DNA from: an uncultured Candidatus Saccharibacteria bacterium
Lineage (GTDB): Bacteria > Patescibacteriota > Minisyncoccia > Portnoybacterales > UBA2143
Reading direction: 5' to 3'
DNA length: 63,068 nt
Assembly: GCA_964413015.1 (NCBI GenBank)
Contig: CAYPQZ010000005.1
Coordinates: 1-63,068, forward strand
Shown here one piece after another: positions 8,729 through 18,352 of this stretch (its first letter is position 1; the number at the start of each line of letters is the position of its first letter). The notes below the pieces were generated by a model. That model worked only from the letters and a program-made list of their open reading frames with translations. It had not been told where the DNA came from and did no database searches. The translations under genes and the position numbers were made by a program.

Positions 8729-9172
8729 TTACCAGCCAAAGCCCATGCCAAAACCTCGATGAGAGCCTCTGCCCATCTTGCCATTGGTCATTCGCTCTTC
8801 CGTAAATTGTAAACGATTGTCAGCTTGCTCCTGATTTATAACGCCATTATCTACTAACGCTTTAATATGATTTTGCATTTGTTTTTGCCTAGCTTCCATC
8901 ATCCGTTCCTGAAGATGTTCTTGGGTAATGCCCTCTGCTTCGGCGATTTCTTTAAAGTTTTTGCCCTCGGCCCAGTAATTTTTTATCTCATCAACACCAA
9001 TACCAAAGAACTCGGCTTTATCCTGAAACATTGTTTCTTGATGCTGGGCTATTTCTTCGGGTGTAGCATTGCCAAACCCGCCGAACCAGCCATGAGCTGA
9101 AGCAACGCCAGTACCGGCCAGAACCAAAGCTAAAGCTGGTAAAATTGTATAAGCGAGATATTTTTTACTCAT
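8729..9172 (-). CDS. Secreted helical protein of unknown function (DUF2680-like)
   Basis: 147 aa, signal peptide ..LAGTGVASA, charged helical body, Gly/Phe-rich C-terminus. Confidence 0.55.
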   Translation of the reverse strand: MSKKYLAYTILPALALVLAGTGVASAHGWFGGFGNATPEEIAQHQETMFQDKAEFFGIGVDEIKNYWAEGKNFKEIAEAEGITQEHLQERMMEARQKQMQNHIKALVDNGVINQEQADNRLQFTEERMTNGKMGRGSHRGFGMGFGW

Positions 9173-9307
9173 AAAATAAGCTCCTTTTTATTATTTATGT
9201 TCTCGACCTTTATCCTGTACCATCTTCCTTAGAGAGGATAATAAGATAGATACGAGACTCTACTTATTAATACAAAAAATAGCTAAATTTCTTTCATTTT
9301 TACCTAC

Positions 9308-9358
9308 AATAAAAAGAAGGCCAAAGACGAGCAAAATTCCTCTCTATCTCGTTTGGCC
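9308..9358 (-). terminator. Intrinsic terminator after the sigma/membrane-protein operon
   Basis: On the minus strand: GGCCAAACGAG..loop..CTCGTCTTTGGCC followed by TTCTTTTTATT. Confidence 0.5.
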
Positions 9359-9401
9359 TTCTATTTATTAATACAAATTAAAAGTTTTTTTCTTTCAGCA
9401 A

Positions 9402-10136
9402 TTATCTGCGCCAAGGCGCTGGCATATGGGGCCGTCGCTGAAAAATCTCAAATTGCTCATCAATCTTGCGAACGCCAAAAGATTGCACTGTGCCATCGTC
9501 TCGCTTACCTAAAACCACCACCCTGTCGCCTTCTTTAATGCCTGGGCCTAATGGAGAACGGATAGTTGAAGTGGCCAGAATAGTCAATACTTTACCTTCA
9601 GCTGTTTCTAAATAAAAACCGTTATCTATTACATCAGAAACAATACCATAATGGACATCGCCTAATCTGGGCATGCCAAAACCACGATAGAATCCTCCCA
9701 TCATCGGCAATCTTCTTTCTTGGGCTTTCCAGAAAAAATCTGGATGTAAATGAGTCTTACTAATCACAAAACTGCCCAAAAAAGCAAGGATAATAATAAC
9801 TAAAATTGAATAAAGAATCGGGCGGCGATAAGCAAAAGAAAAACGTTTAACCAATATCTCCAAAACAACAATCAGAATTATGGCTATTAAAATTAAAAGC
9901 CAAGGTAATGATTTAATGAAGATTCCAATAACTGGAAAACCAAATCTAGGCAGGAACCATACTCCGCTGGCTCTTAAATTAAAAAGGATAAAGCTGACTA
10001 AGAACAAAACAAAAAAAGCGACCAATAAAGTAAGCGAGGCAACCAAAACAGCCCTTAAAATAAAATATATTTTAGGTCGCATTTTTATCTGCTCTTTTTT
10101 TATTTTATTGAAAACTTTATCACTTATTGAACCCAT
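9402..10136 (-). CDS. Multi-pass membrane protein with extracytoplasmic beta-domain; possible anti-sigma partner
   Basis: 244 aa. Overlaps the upstream ECF sigma gene by 17 nt. C-terminal ..GIVSDVIDNGFYLETAEGKVLTI..GDRVVVLGKRDDGTVQSFGVRKI.. resembles the domain in the 8259-8641 pseudogene. Confidence 0.5.
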   Translation of the reverse strand: MGSISDKVFNKIKKEQIKMRPKIYFILRAVLVASLTLLVAFFVLFLVSFILFNLRASGVWFLPRFGFPVIGIFIKSLPWLLILIAIILIVVLEILVKRFSFAYRRPILYSILVIIILAFLGSFVISKTHLHPDFFWKAQERRLPMMGGFYRGFGMPRLGDVHYGIVSDVIDNGFYLETAEGKVLTILATSTIRSPLGPGIKEGDRVVVLGKRDDGTVQSFGVRKIDEQFEIFQRRPHMPAPWRR

Positions 10137-10692
10137 ATTTTTGAAAAAGAGATTTCATAATCTCCTTGCCTCTTTTTAATCTAATACCAACTGTGGCAAT
10201 CGGGATATGTAAAACATCAGCAATTTCCTGATAAGTTAGATCCTCAAAATAATATAAAACTAATGGTTCGCGATACTTGGGGCCTAACTTATTAAGACAC
10301 TTATCCAACATCTGGCTAAGTTCCAATTGATTAGTTTCTTTATCAGCATTCTCCTTGGAAACAGAACGGGGCCATAATATATCTAAGTCAAAAAAAGGCA
10401 ATGGCTCTTTGCCCTTTTTTTTAATGGCGTTAATAAATTCATTGTGGGCAATGCGGTAGAGCCAAGAAGAAAACTTTCTTGAAGCGTCAAAGCTTTGGAT
10501 ATTGGCATAGGTTTTAATAAAGACCTCTTGAATTAAATCTTCGATATCATTGTAATTAAAAAGGAATTTTCTTCCATAGCGCAACATCTTCTCTTGGTAT
10601 CTTTTGACCAATATACCAAATGACTCAATTTTGCCCGATTGAACCATACGCACAATTTCCTCATCTGGAAGCTGGCTTAGCGATTTAGACAT
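10120..10692 (-). CDS. RNA polymerase sigma-70 family factor, ECF-type
   Basis: 190 aa. Region 2 (..DLIQEVFIKTYANIQSFD..FSSWLYRIAHNEFINAIKKK..) and region 4 (..YFEDLTYQEIADVLHIPIATVGIRLKRGK..). Confidence 0.85.
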   Translation of the reverse strand: MSKSLSQLPDEEIVRMVQSGKIESFGILVKRYQEKMLRYGRKFLFNYNDIEDLIQEVFIKTYANIQSFDASRKFSSWLYRIAHNEFINAIKKKGKEPLPFFDLDILWPRSVSKENADKETNQLELSQMLDKCLNKLGPKYREPLVLYYFEDLTYQEIADVLHIPIATVGIRLKRGKEIMKSLFQKYGFNK

Positions 10693-10731
10693 ATATGGCT
10701 CTTACTATATTTATACAACAAACTTCTTTTT

Positions 10732-11811
10732 TTATTTCAAATATTTCTCCACATTCTCCAAATGCTCCTCATAAATTTCAGCGCAATGAATATTTCTGTC
10801 ATTATCGTGGAGATAATAGAAACAATCGGTCTCGGCAGGATTCAGCACGGACTCAATAGCGTTAATGCCCGGATTGGCAATTGGATGAGGCGGAAGCCCC
10901 TTATAAAGATAGGTATTGTATTCTGAATCAATCTTTTTGTCGACAACTGTAATTGGCGTCCACCAGTTTTCAACGCCTTGATAGTATCCGTTTTTAATAT
11001 AGCAGTTATCAGGTTCCTGCTGGCAATCGCAGAGCCGTTGTTCTTTATTGCCCGAACTATGGCAGAGATCGCTGAAAGCCGACTGGCTGTCTCTGGTATA
11101 CTGGAGCGTGGCGTCAATTTCCAATTTCATATCATTAAGCAAACGATTCCAGATGATGCCGGCGATTAAAGGCATATCATTTTTGCCAGCCGCTTCCCTT
11201 TGGATAATTGAAGCAACCTTTAGAGCGGTTGTCCACTTAATATTTTCTTGGATAAATTCGTCTGAATAAGATGCGAACTTTTCATTAAACTTATTAATAA
11301 ATCTTTGAGCGATTTGCAGTCCTGTCTCGTCTATAGGGATAAGATAAGTATCGGGAAAATATACTCCCTCAAGATAATCATATTCCATAGCTGTATATTT
11401 GGTGACCCAGTCGCTTTTTTCCTGTTCATCCCAATTTAATGTTTGGGCTAGAATTTCGGCAATTTGCTCTTTTCTTAATCCCTCAGGAATAATCACCCAT
11501 TTCATATACGGACCCTGCTTGAATGCTTTGGCAATCTGCCAAACATTCATTGATTTGGATATTTTATAGGCACCGGGTTTTATTTCAGTATTGCCAAAGA
11601 CAATACGAAAAACAGCTTCATTTCTAATAAATTCCTGTTCTTTTAATTGCTCAGTTATTTCTTTTAAATCATTATTACCAATAGTAATTGTAAACTGCTC
11701 TGACTCGGCGTTTCTTTGCGGAGCCAAGAACTGATAAAAAAAAACAAACATAGTCAATCCTAAAACCGCTAATACCAATCCAGCGATTACCATTAGTATC
11801 CTCTTATTCAT
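10732..11811 (-). CDS. mltG: Endolytic murein transglycosylase MltG (YceG-like)
   Basis: 359 aa, N-terminal TM, ..IIPEG.., ..ASIIQREA.., ..YNTYLYKGLPPHPIANPGINAIESVLNP.. Confidence 0.85.
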   Translation of the reverse strand: MNKRILMVIAGLVLAVLGLTMFVFFYQFLAPQRNAESEQFTITIGNNDLKEITEQLKEQEFIRNEAVFRIVFGNTEIKPGAYKISKSMNVWQIAKAFKQGPYMKWVIIPEGLRKEQIAEILAQTLNWDEQEKSDWVTKYTAMEYDYLEGVYFPDTYLIPIDETGLQIAQRFINKFNEKFASYSDEFIQENIKWTTALKVASIIQREAAGKNDMPLIAGIIWNRLLNDMKLEIDATLQYTRDSQSAFSDLCHSSGNKEQRLCDCQQEPDNCYIKNGYYQGVENWWTPITVVDKKIDSEYNTYLYKGLPPHPIANPGINAIESVLNPAETDCFYYLHDNDRNIHCAEIYEEHLENVEKYLK

Positions 11812-13342
11812 GGCTTTCCGCCGAATCAGGATTCTGCTGCTGATAATCCTTGTACGGTTCTATCTCGCTCATTCTTGAGTCGAGAATTTTCTTCGCTTTT
11901 ATCCGCGATATGTTCAAAGATTGCCATTTTGAGAAATAGGAAGAATTGATATCTTGAGCGCGCCAATACAATCCGCGAGCAAAACTGCCTTTCAAATTTT
12001 CATTTAATACACCCAATATTTTGATGGTATCTGGTATAGCGTCGCTTGAAAGACTGCCTAAATAGCGAGTATCAAGCTTTCCGGTGACAGTAAACCGCTC
12101 AATATTGCGACGCGCGATAAACATATCGGGATTGAGAAAATTCATCACGACCAAAAACAGAATGATTGAAATAAAAGCTTGTAAAGCGAAAATACTTTCT
12201 CTCCCGTTTCTATAAATCTTATAGAACAACAAACAAAATACAACTGCCAGTAAAATAATAAAAGCGTGGCTGAACAGTCTCTGATCCGTGAAGCCATAGG
12301 CTTCTTCGTAGAGCGACAAACGGGTAAAAGCAGAGGCCATAATCAGGATCACTTGAAGGATTAATGCAGTGCTTAAAACTTTGAATCCGATTGCATGACC
12401 GGATTCTTTTTTAGTAATATATTTTTCCGTAAACAAAAGCAAAACCAAAGAAATGACAGCCACCGCTATTAGCTCGAAAAATCCGCGTCGAGCATATTCG
12501 GCATAAGTAAAACCTTGAGCAGAAATATTGCTCTCGCCTCCGAAAAGATAAGTTATCTGGATAAGCATAAAAATGAAAAACAGGACATTGACTAAACCGA
12601 GCAGAATAGAGCTTTCTATGCGTCCGATGTTGTAGCTCTTACTGTTTTGCTGTACGTTGATCTGGTTTTCCTGCTTTCCGAATAAATAAGAATAGGCGCC
12701 GATATAGACAAGTGTCGCTATTAAAATTAAAACAGACCTAGCGATTATTTCCGGCTCAATATTAATGTTGATCAGATCTGAAACATATTTTTTAAAAATC
12801 AGATCCGCCGAAGAAAAAAGAAGCAGGAAAACGGACAAAACCGGAATAGTCATTAGAATGCCTTTAACAACCTGCGAGAAAACATTTTGATCTTTCTTTG
12901 CTTTAAATGAAAGAAATAAATCGGATAATGTTTTAAACAAAGGACGGATAAATTTAATCGGAAGAAAGAAGACTTTTATGTAATCTTCTATCAAAAAGCT
13001 TTTTACCTTCTCGCTGAACGATATTTTGGCGATTACAAGCAACAGCAATAAAGAAGCGACTATATTAAGAAAGGTGAGCATTTCACTGGAACGGACAAAA
13101 ACCATTATACTGAAAAACATAAGAGATATCAGAAGCCAAAAAACTTCTTTATTTATTTTCTTCTTAAAGAACATGGTTAAAGTAAAAAGCCCAACAATAA
13201 TCAAAACAACATATAACAAAAAAGCGATCCCGGGAACTTTGCCGTAGAAAAAGAAATCAAAAAGCAGGCCTAAAACTAAAGATACTCCAGATATGAGGCC
13301 TGCTTTAATTAAAGTGTTGAATTGTAAATTTTGCGTATCCAT
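11804..13342 (-). CDS. Polytopic membrane protein (DUF4153/DUF4173-like)
   Basis: 512 aa with more than 10 predicted TM helices and no catalytic motif recognised. Confidence 0.55.
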   Translation of the reverse strand: MDTQNLQFNTLIKAGLISGVSLVLGLLFDFFFYGKVPGIAFLLYVVLIIVGLFTLTMFFKKKINKEVFWLLISLMFFSIMVFVRSSEMLTFLNIVASLLLLLVIAKISFSEKVKSFLIEDYIKVFFLPIKFIRPLFKTLSDLFLSFKAKKDQNVFSQVVKGILMTIPVLSVFLLLFSSADLIFKKYVSDLININIEPEIIARSVLILIATLVYIGAYSYLFGKQENQINVQQNSKSYNIGRIESSILLGLVNVLFFIFMLIQITYLFGGESNISAQGFTYAEYARRGFFELIAVAVISLVLLLFTEKYITKKESGHAIGFKVLSTALILQVILIMASAFTRLSLYEEAYGFTDQRLFSHAFIILLAVVFCLLFYKIYRNGRESIFALQAFISIILFLVVMNFLNPDMFIARRNIERFTVTGKLDTRYLGSLSSDAIPDTIKILGVLNENLKGSFARGLYWRAQDINSSYFSKWQSLNISRIKAKKILDSRMSEIEPYKDYQQQNPDSAESHE

Positions 13343-13470
13343 AAAACTTAATTTTGTTTCTCCAGCGCGGAATAATGAAGCTTTTCATAGTTTTATTTCG
13401 AATCCCAGGCGAGTTAGGGATTTTGGGCAATTTCGGCAACCCCTGATTTTTGACTTGGTTAAGCGAAAAA

Positions 13471-13578
13471 ATGGGTCTACGCGATAAAAAATATGCTTGG
13501 CTGGCCATCGTGGACAATATCAGAACTATTATCCAACAACAGAAAGAATATATTCATATTCCAGACTTGTTAAAATAA
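13471..13578 (+). repeat. R1 mosaic repeat, copy 1. The only copy with an ATG (35-codon ORF MGLRDKKYAWLAIVDNIRTIIQQQKEYIHIPDLLK)
   Basis: Aligns with 17388-17466 and 19562-19649. 8 of 11 substitutions against copy 2 fall at third codon positions of this plus-strand frame. Confidence 0.7.
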
Positions 13579-13692
13579 TTTTATAAAGCTATTTCTAAAG
13601 AACAATAGGATAACTTTTCTTAACAAGCTTTTTAGAATTTGATACATTTATAATAGAATACATATAAAAAACACCTCTACTGGTTCCGTCCT

Positions 13693-14415
13693 TTAGCGGT
13701 GTTTTTTCTTTTTATACTCTAATTTTTTTCTTAAATTATCCATAAAAATAATTTTCTCCTTTGCCGTCTTTTTTAATAATACGGAACAGGTCTTAATATA
13801 AGGACTGATTACAAATTTTAACTTATCATTCTTATATAAATATTTTACTAATGAATAAAAATCGCCATCACTACTAACAATTAAAGCTTTACTGCATTTC
13901 TCGTAATCAATCATTGCTTGCAAAACTAAATCAGCATCAACATTTCCCTTAACTTCTCCTTTATTATCAGGCAAAGTTGGAAAAATCCAACCGTAGCCTC
14001 CTTCCAAATTACTGCCTATAAATAAATCTGATGTATGGCGTTCTTTTATAAGAGGCGCTAGATATTCCATTCCTACACCAATAATTGGCTTGACTAAAGC
14101 TATTTTCATCTCTTTTCCTAAAATCACACCAACGCCGGAGCAATCTGCAAATATCCTAGCAGAAATTTTTTTAACAACTGCTTCGTTTTTAGAGCTGAAA
14201 TATACTTTATTAATTGGATTTAGAATACGATTTGGGATATTCCATTCTTTCGGTTTAATAAAACTTCCTGATGTATTATATTGAACATCTTCAGCATTTT
14301 TCTTTTTATCCAATAATAATATTTTAAGATTTGAATCTGATAATTCTCTCGTTAAACAAAGCCCTGCTGGGTCCGCCCCAACAATAATTAAATCATAATT
14401 CTCTACACTCTCCGC
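13693..14415 (-). pseudogene. Chimeric, degenerate ORF: N-terminal part of an FAD-dependent (geranylgeranyl-reductase-like) oxidoreductase fused to the C-terminal part of a NYN/LabA-like domain
   Basis: The stop-free frame extends upstream of the TTG in the ORF track to 14415 and encodes ..YDLIIVGADPAGL.. (GxGxxG with the second G replaced by D) with no canonical start. ..ARIFADCSGVG.. and ..GGYGWIFP.. are flavoprotein motifs. From ..KGNVDADLVLQAM..ALIVSSDGDFYSLVKYL.. it is NYN-like. Confidence 0.5.
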
Positions 14416-14439
14416 CTAACCGACTCATTGAGGATTTTT

Positions 14440-15090
14440 TCAATCATCTATCTTTAATAAATAAGTCTTATCTTTTTTAGTCAACCTTTTGAAAAAATCA
14501 TCACTGTTAAAAACTAAACCGTAGTTCTCTTTAACTTCAGACAAAGTCGTCTGATAAAAATTGCCAACCAACGAAGCAGTTAAATCGGATAAAAGAATAA
14601 CATCCCAGCCTTTATTAAATCCGTCTCTCAACGAAGACTCAACACAAATCGAGGTATCAACGCCGCTAAACAGTAAAGTATCAACCTTTAAAGATTTCAG
14701 CCAAAGTTCCAGCTCGGTATCCTGAAAGACAGAATCCCGTCGTTTGAATAAAACCAACTCGGATAGCTTTTCCTTAAATTGGTCTATCAGTTTAGCATCC
14801 CAGCTTCCCTTGACACAGAGAGGAATCTTTTCAATCCGCTCTCGCCTTTTCTGAGGCAGAATCTGGTGGTTTTTTTCTAATAAATCAATCCCTGATTTTT
14901 CCCTAATCGCCTTGGTAAAAATAATTGGCATCCCTAAAGATTTGGCCTGTCCATAAGCAGCAACCAGTTTGGGAACAATTTTCTGGTATTTAGCGATATC
15001 ATAACCAAGTTTATCAAAGGAACCGCCTTTAGAGACAAAGCAGTTCTGCATATCAATAATAATTAAGGCTGGTTTAATTTTATAGTCCAT
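14440..15090 (-). CDS. Isochorismatase-family cysteine hydrolase
   Basis: 216 aa, ..ALIIIDMQNCF.., ..FTKA.., ..GVDTSICVESSLRDGFNKGWDVILLSD.. Confidence 0.85.
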   Translation of the reverse strand: MDYKIKPALIIIDMQNCFVSKGGSFDKLGYDIAKYQKIVPKLVAAYGQAKSLGMPIIFTKAIREKSGIDLLEKNHQILPQKRRERIEKIPLCVKGSWDAKLIDQFKEKLSELVLFKRRDSVFQDTELELWLKSLKVDTLLFSGVDTSICVESSLRDGFNKGWDVILLSDLTASLVGNFYQTTLSEVKENYGLVFNSDDFFKRLTKKDKTYLLKIDD

Positions 15091-15216
15091 AAAGTTAAAA
15101 AGATGGCTGTTTCCCGCCCGTTAATTTTATTCTAGCAATTTTCGTTGATCTTTACAAACGAATCAATCATTATATCAAAAAGGAGAGCCAAAACTCTTCT
15201 AAAAATGAATATTATA

Positions 15217-15307
15217 GCCACTTCGGTCCAGATTAATAACAGATAAGGCCGTTAAAGGCTTTCTTGGGCTATCTAGCAGTGATAATCTACAAAAAGTATT
15301 CGGCTAA
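15217..15307 (+). repeat. Mosaic repeat copy, R2 module (start-less frame PLRSRLITDKAVKGFLGL..)
   Basis: Aligns with 8028-8095. A TAG sits immediately upstream, and the frame is stop-free to TAA 15305-15307. Confidence 0.7.
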
Positions 15308-15408
15308 GAGTTATCGCCATTCAAACTTAAAGACGCTGACAAACAATCAACGTCTTTAAAAATGAAGATTTTACCGGAAAAGATAAAAATCTTTTCTAAC
15401 TACTAATC

Positions 15409-15990
15409 CTATTGGCCGGGGATAGAAAGATCTGAGGGCTTGCCAATTCTCTCCTGAGCTTGGAAAAGCCCGTATTCAGCTGCTGCCTGAGCCACCGCAT
15501 TCATGTTATTATAAGCTGTTTGAATGGCGTTTCTAGCTTGCTCAGGGCCTACCACAGCATTTTCCTCTGCCTGTTCAGGAAGGGTCTTTGCCCATTCATT
15601 AACATGAGAAAGAGCGGAATCAACAATATCAATGTAAGCATCCTTTTCGGTTGTTGTCATCTCGCCGGACTCTCTCTGAGCATTCTCCAGTGCTTTAGTG
15701 GCCTTAAACACGCCTGAATACATAATATGTTCTTGCGAATCACTAAGTTCATCCAGAACAAAATCCAATCCATAGTTTACATAACCAAGGGCTTGATCGT
15801 CCAAAGGTCTATGAAACATAACTTCGTACATTTTGGTCAGCTGTTCCTGATTGACTTGGCAAGTATTTTGGGCAGAAGCTACCTGTCCTTGATGCATTAA
15901 AACTGCCCCAAATAAAAAACCGCCAACAAAAAAAATCAAACCAAAAATTAAGCTTATTCCTAAATGACTTTTATTATTTAATAATCTCAC
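15409..15990 (-). CDS. Membrane-anchored secreted protein with a DUF4214-like segment
   Basis: 193 aa. GTG start preceded by AAAGGAGGTGAT. TM anchor, ..FHRPLDDQALGYVNYGL.. Confidence 0.6.
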   Translation of the reverse strand: MRLLNNKSHLGISLIFGLIFFVGGFLFGAVLMHQGQVASAQNTCQVNQEQLTKMYEVMFHRPLDDQALGYVNYGLDFVLDELSDSQEHIMYSGVFKATKALENAQRESGEMTTTEKDAYIDIVDSALSHVNEWAKTLPEQAEENAVVGPEQARNAIQTAYNNMNAVAQAAAEYGLFQAQERIGKPSDLSIPGQ

Positions 15991-16149
15991 CTTATATCAC
16001 CTCCTTTCTTATTTAAATTTTATAAATTCAGTTTAAAATTATGATAATATTGTACTAATTAATTATAGCACACTTATTCCTAAAATTCTATGAAAAAAAT
16101 AAAAGGGGAAAATAAATAATCAACGCCTAATAATCAACATCCTACAAAT

Positions 16150-16224
16150 TGGCTGCCGATATTGGACGAGGTCAGAATCTCTTTATCTGATATATCTACA
16201 CTTCGGTCACAATCGGCAAAGTAA
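16150..16224 (+). repeat. Degenerate mosaic repeat copy that bridges the R1 and R2 modules (..WLPILDEVRISLSDISTLRSQSAK)
   Basis: GGCTGCCGATATTGGACGAGGTCAGAA aligns with GGCTGGCCATCGTGGACAACGTTAGAA of R1. TATATCTACACTTCGGTC aligns with both the R1 tail and the R2 head. Confidence 0.5.
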
Positions 16225-16329
16225 TAATAAAGCTAGTCCCTTTATCCTTGCCTTCACTTTTGATAAAATTGATACAATTATTAGTATCTTCTTTGATATC
16301 AATCTTTAGTTTGATTTTAGGATATTTGT

Positions 16330-16731
16330 TCATTGTTTAAGCTTCTTTAATAAATCATCTCTGTCCATCTTAATTTTTGTCAGCTTGGGCCAGGTATTTA
16401 ATCCATCATTTTTAAATCTGGGCAGTAAATGAAAATGAAAATGAAATACAGATTGCTCTCCGTCAATTCCACTGGCATGCATTAAATTAGCTCCAGTAGC
16501 ATTGATTTTCTTTCGGTAGAGTAAAGTTAGTTTTTTGGCGACTTTAACCACCTTGGATAAAACACCTTCTGGAATATCATATAAATCAGCGTAATGTTTT
16601 TTAGGCGCAATCAAAGTATGCCCGTAAACTTCTACCTTTTGAGGCAAAAAACAAATTACATCTTTATCTTCATAAACAATCTTAGCCGGTTCTTCTTTAT
16701 TTATGATTTTACAGAATATGCAATCTCTCAT
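16330..16731 (-). CDS. HIT-family (histidine triad) nucleotide hydrolase/transferase
   Basis: 133 aa, ..CIFCKI.., histidine triad ..HFHFHLLPR.. Confidence 0.85.
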   Translation of the reverse strand: MRDCIFCKIINKEEPAKIVYEDKDVICFLPQKVEVYGHTLIAPKKHYADLYDIPEGVLSKVVKVAKKLTLLYRKKINATGANLMHASGIDGEQSVFHFHFHLLPRFKNDGLNTWPKLTKIKMDRDDLLKKLKQ

Positions 16732-16745
16732 AATTAAAATGGATA

Positions 16746-17369
16746 TTACTCAACAATGATAACTTCTCCATCTTTGAGCGCTTTGAACAACATTTTATTT
16801 TCTATCATATATTCTACGGCTTTTTTCGCGCTTTCTGCTTCTGCATGGTCTGACTGATAATGAGGGATTACAGAATAATTAAGAATTCCTAGGCCGTCCC
16901 AGGCAATCTCCGATTGATCGCCATAGGGCTTTATATTCGGGTCATCCACTAGATTCATACCTTTTAAGGTTGTTGACAACACACAAACTCCAGCGCTATA
17001 TCCCCCGTATAGAATATTGTCTTTTTTAACTAACTTTTTCAAAATCTCATCAAAACCGCTTAATTTCATAGCCTGTCTAAGCACAAAAAGATTGCCGCCT
17101 CTGACCCAAATCACGCCGAATTCCGACATCCTTTCTTCTAATTCGCCTTGTTTATTGAAATAGTCACGTAAATCTACTATCTCGATATCTAAACCCAGTT
17201 CTTCAAGTTGTTCTATGTCAGATTGTTCGCTTTTCTTTCTTCTTTCCAAATCATCTGAAAAATCAAGCGCATTGGAAATATAGGCGGTTTTTTTATTTTC
17301 GCTTGGTAATAGCTCTTTTAACTTATCGAGTTCGTTTCCTAACTTGTATGAAGATAAGTAAAATTTCAT
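16746..17369 (-). CDS. Peptidase E-like protein (S51 / type 1 glutamine amidotransferase-like)
   Basis: Start moved to MKFYLSSYKL (ATG 17369), because the longer ORF in the track runs into repeat copy 2. ..VRGGNLFVLRQAM.., ..GGYSAGVCVLS.. Confidence 0.7.
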   Translation of the reverse strand: MKFYLSSYKLGNELDKLKELLPSENKKTAYISNALDFSDDLERRKKSEQSDIEQLEELGLDIEIVDLRDYFNKQGELEERMSEFGVIWVRGGNLFVLRQAMKLSGFDEILKKLVKKDNILYGGYSAGVCVLSTTLKGMNLVDDPNIKPYGDQSEIAWDGLGILNYSVIPHYQSDHAEAESAKKAVEYMIENKMLFKALKDGEVIIVE

Positions 17370-17387
17370 ATTATTAATTAAATTTAA

Positions 17388-17466
17388 GCTGGCCATCGTG
17401 GACAACGTTAGAACCATTATCCAACGACAGAAAGATTATATCTATATTCCTGATTTAAGTCCGTAA
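17388..17466 (+). repeat. R1 mosaic repeat, copy 2 (start-less frame LAIVDNVRTIIQRQKDYIYIPDLSP)
   Basis: See 13471-13578. Similarity begins exactly at GCTGGCC. TAA at 17464-17466, 2 nt from the convergent TPR gene stop. Confidence 0.7.
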
Positions 17467-17468
17467 GC

Positions 17469-18077
17469 TTAATTTATTAATCTATCCAACATCAATTCAG
17501 CAAGCTTTGACTTTTTAGCTAATCTTTTTAAAATCCTTAAATACTCTTCTCTCTTTTCTTTATCATTTAATTTTCTATTAATAATTATTAAATTGGAAAG
17601 AGGGATAGCTGATTTTTCTTTGTTTCTACTTAAAAGAAATGCTTTCCTGTAATAAGCAATAGCCAATTTGTCTTTTTTCAATCTTCTGTAAATATTCCCC
17701 AAATCATTATAAGTGCTAAAATTTCTCTTTAAATTATGAGCTTTTTTATAATATTTCAAGGCCTCTGACATTTTCTCTTGATGCATCAAAACTGTACCCA
17801 TTCCTCGAAATGTTTCTTGTTTATTTTTTTCGTTCTTGATGTTTTTTCTAAAATACTTCTTTGCCTTATCTTGGTATTGACTTCTTAGGGATTTATCACT
17901 AATTTTCAAAGCCCATTGATCATAAAGCCAGCCCAATAGAAGATATATCTTAAATATTTCTTCGCTTTTTTTATCAACCTGTTTAAAATATTTCTCTAAT
18001 AATACCTTAGCTTCTTGGTATTTCTGCTTATTTAATAAGTTATTATATTTTTCAAAAATTATCTTTCTTTCTCTCAT
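17469..18077 (-). CDS. Tetratricopeptide-repeat protein
   Basis: 202 aa with repeated ..A..YY.KA...-type TPR helices (..ALKYYKKAHNL.., ..AIAYYRKAFLL..). Confidence 0.7.
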   Translation of the reverse strand: MRERKIIFEKYNNLLNKQKYQEAKVLLEKYFKQVDKKSEEIFKIYLLLGWLYDQWALKISDKSLRSQYQDKAKKYFRKNIKNEKNKQETFRGMGTVLMHQEKMSEALKYYKKAHNLKRNFSTYNDLGNIYRRLKKDKLAIAYYRKAFLLSRNKEKSAIPLSNLIIINRKLNDKEKREEYLRILKRLAKKSKLAELMLDRLIN

Positions 18078-18087
18078 ATTTAAAATT

Positions 18088-18122
18088 ATATAAAAAAGCC
18101 GTGATATTATTATACCACGGCC
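18088..18122 (-). terminator. Intrinsic terminator directly after the precursor-peptide gene
   Basis: Minus strand: GCCGTGG-loop-CACGGC followed by TTTTTTATAT. Confidence 0.65.
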
Positions 18123-18159
18123 GATTCAAAAGGTTAATAATCCGCAAAAGAACAATTTT

Positions 18160-18339
18160 CTAATCCACATCGCTATCAGTATCATTCCAGCCGCCAGTCT
18201 GAGTCTCTGTAATCGTATGATTGGCCTCAAAAGTGCCATTATCCAATAGAAACATCTGCAGTTTGGGATCATAACGACCATTAAATTCAACCTGTTTAAC
18301 ATCTTCTGCGAACTTAGCCAAAAAAGGTACTGTATTCAT
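18160..18339 (-). CDS. Putative graspetide (omega-ester RiPP) precursor peptide, 59 aa
   Basis: ATG 18339 preceded by GGGGTGAG, 14 nt after the ATP-grasp stop. Leader has PFLAKFAE. C-terminal core is TITETQTGGWNDTDSDVD. Confidence 0.65.
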   Translation of the reverse strand: MNTVPFLAKFAEDVKQVEFNGRYDPKLQMFLLDNGTFEANHTITETQTGGWNDTDSDVD

Positions 18340-18352
18340 TTTCTCACCCCTT

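Noticed and set aside
13395-13425. TTCGAATCCC (tRNA T-loop-like 10-mer) near the far end of the accessory block, as a possible tRNA-derived att remnant
   Set aside because: It is on the opposite strand to tRNA-Gln. No matching T-stem 5-prime arm or acceptor stem can be folded, and similarity to the tRNA-Gln 3-prime end stops after TTCGAATCCC.
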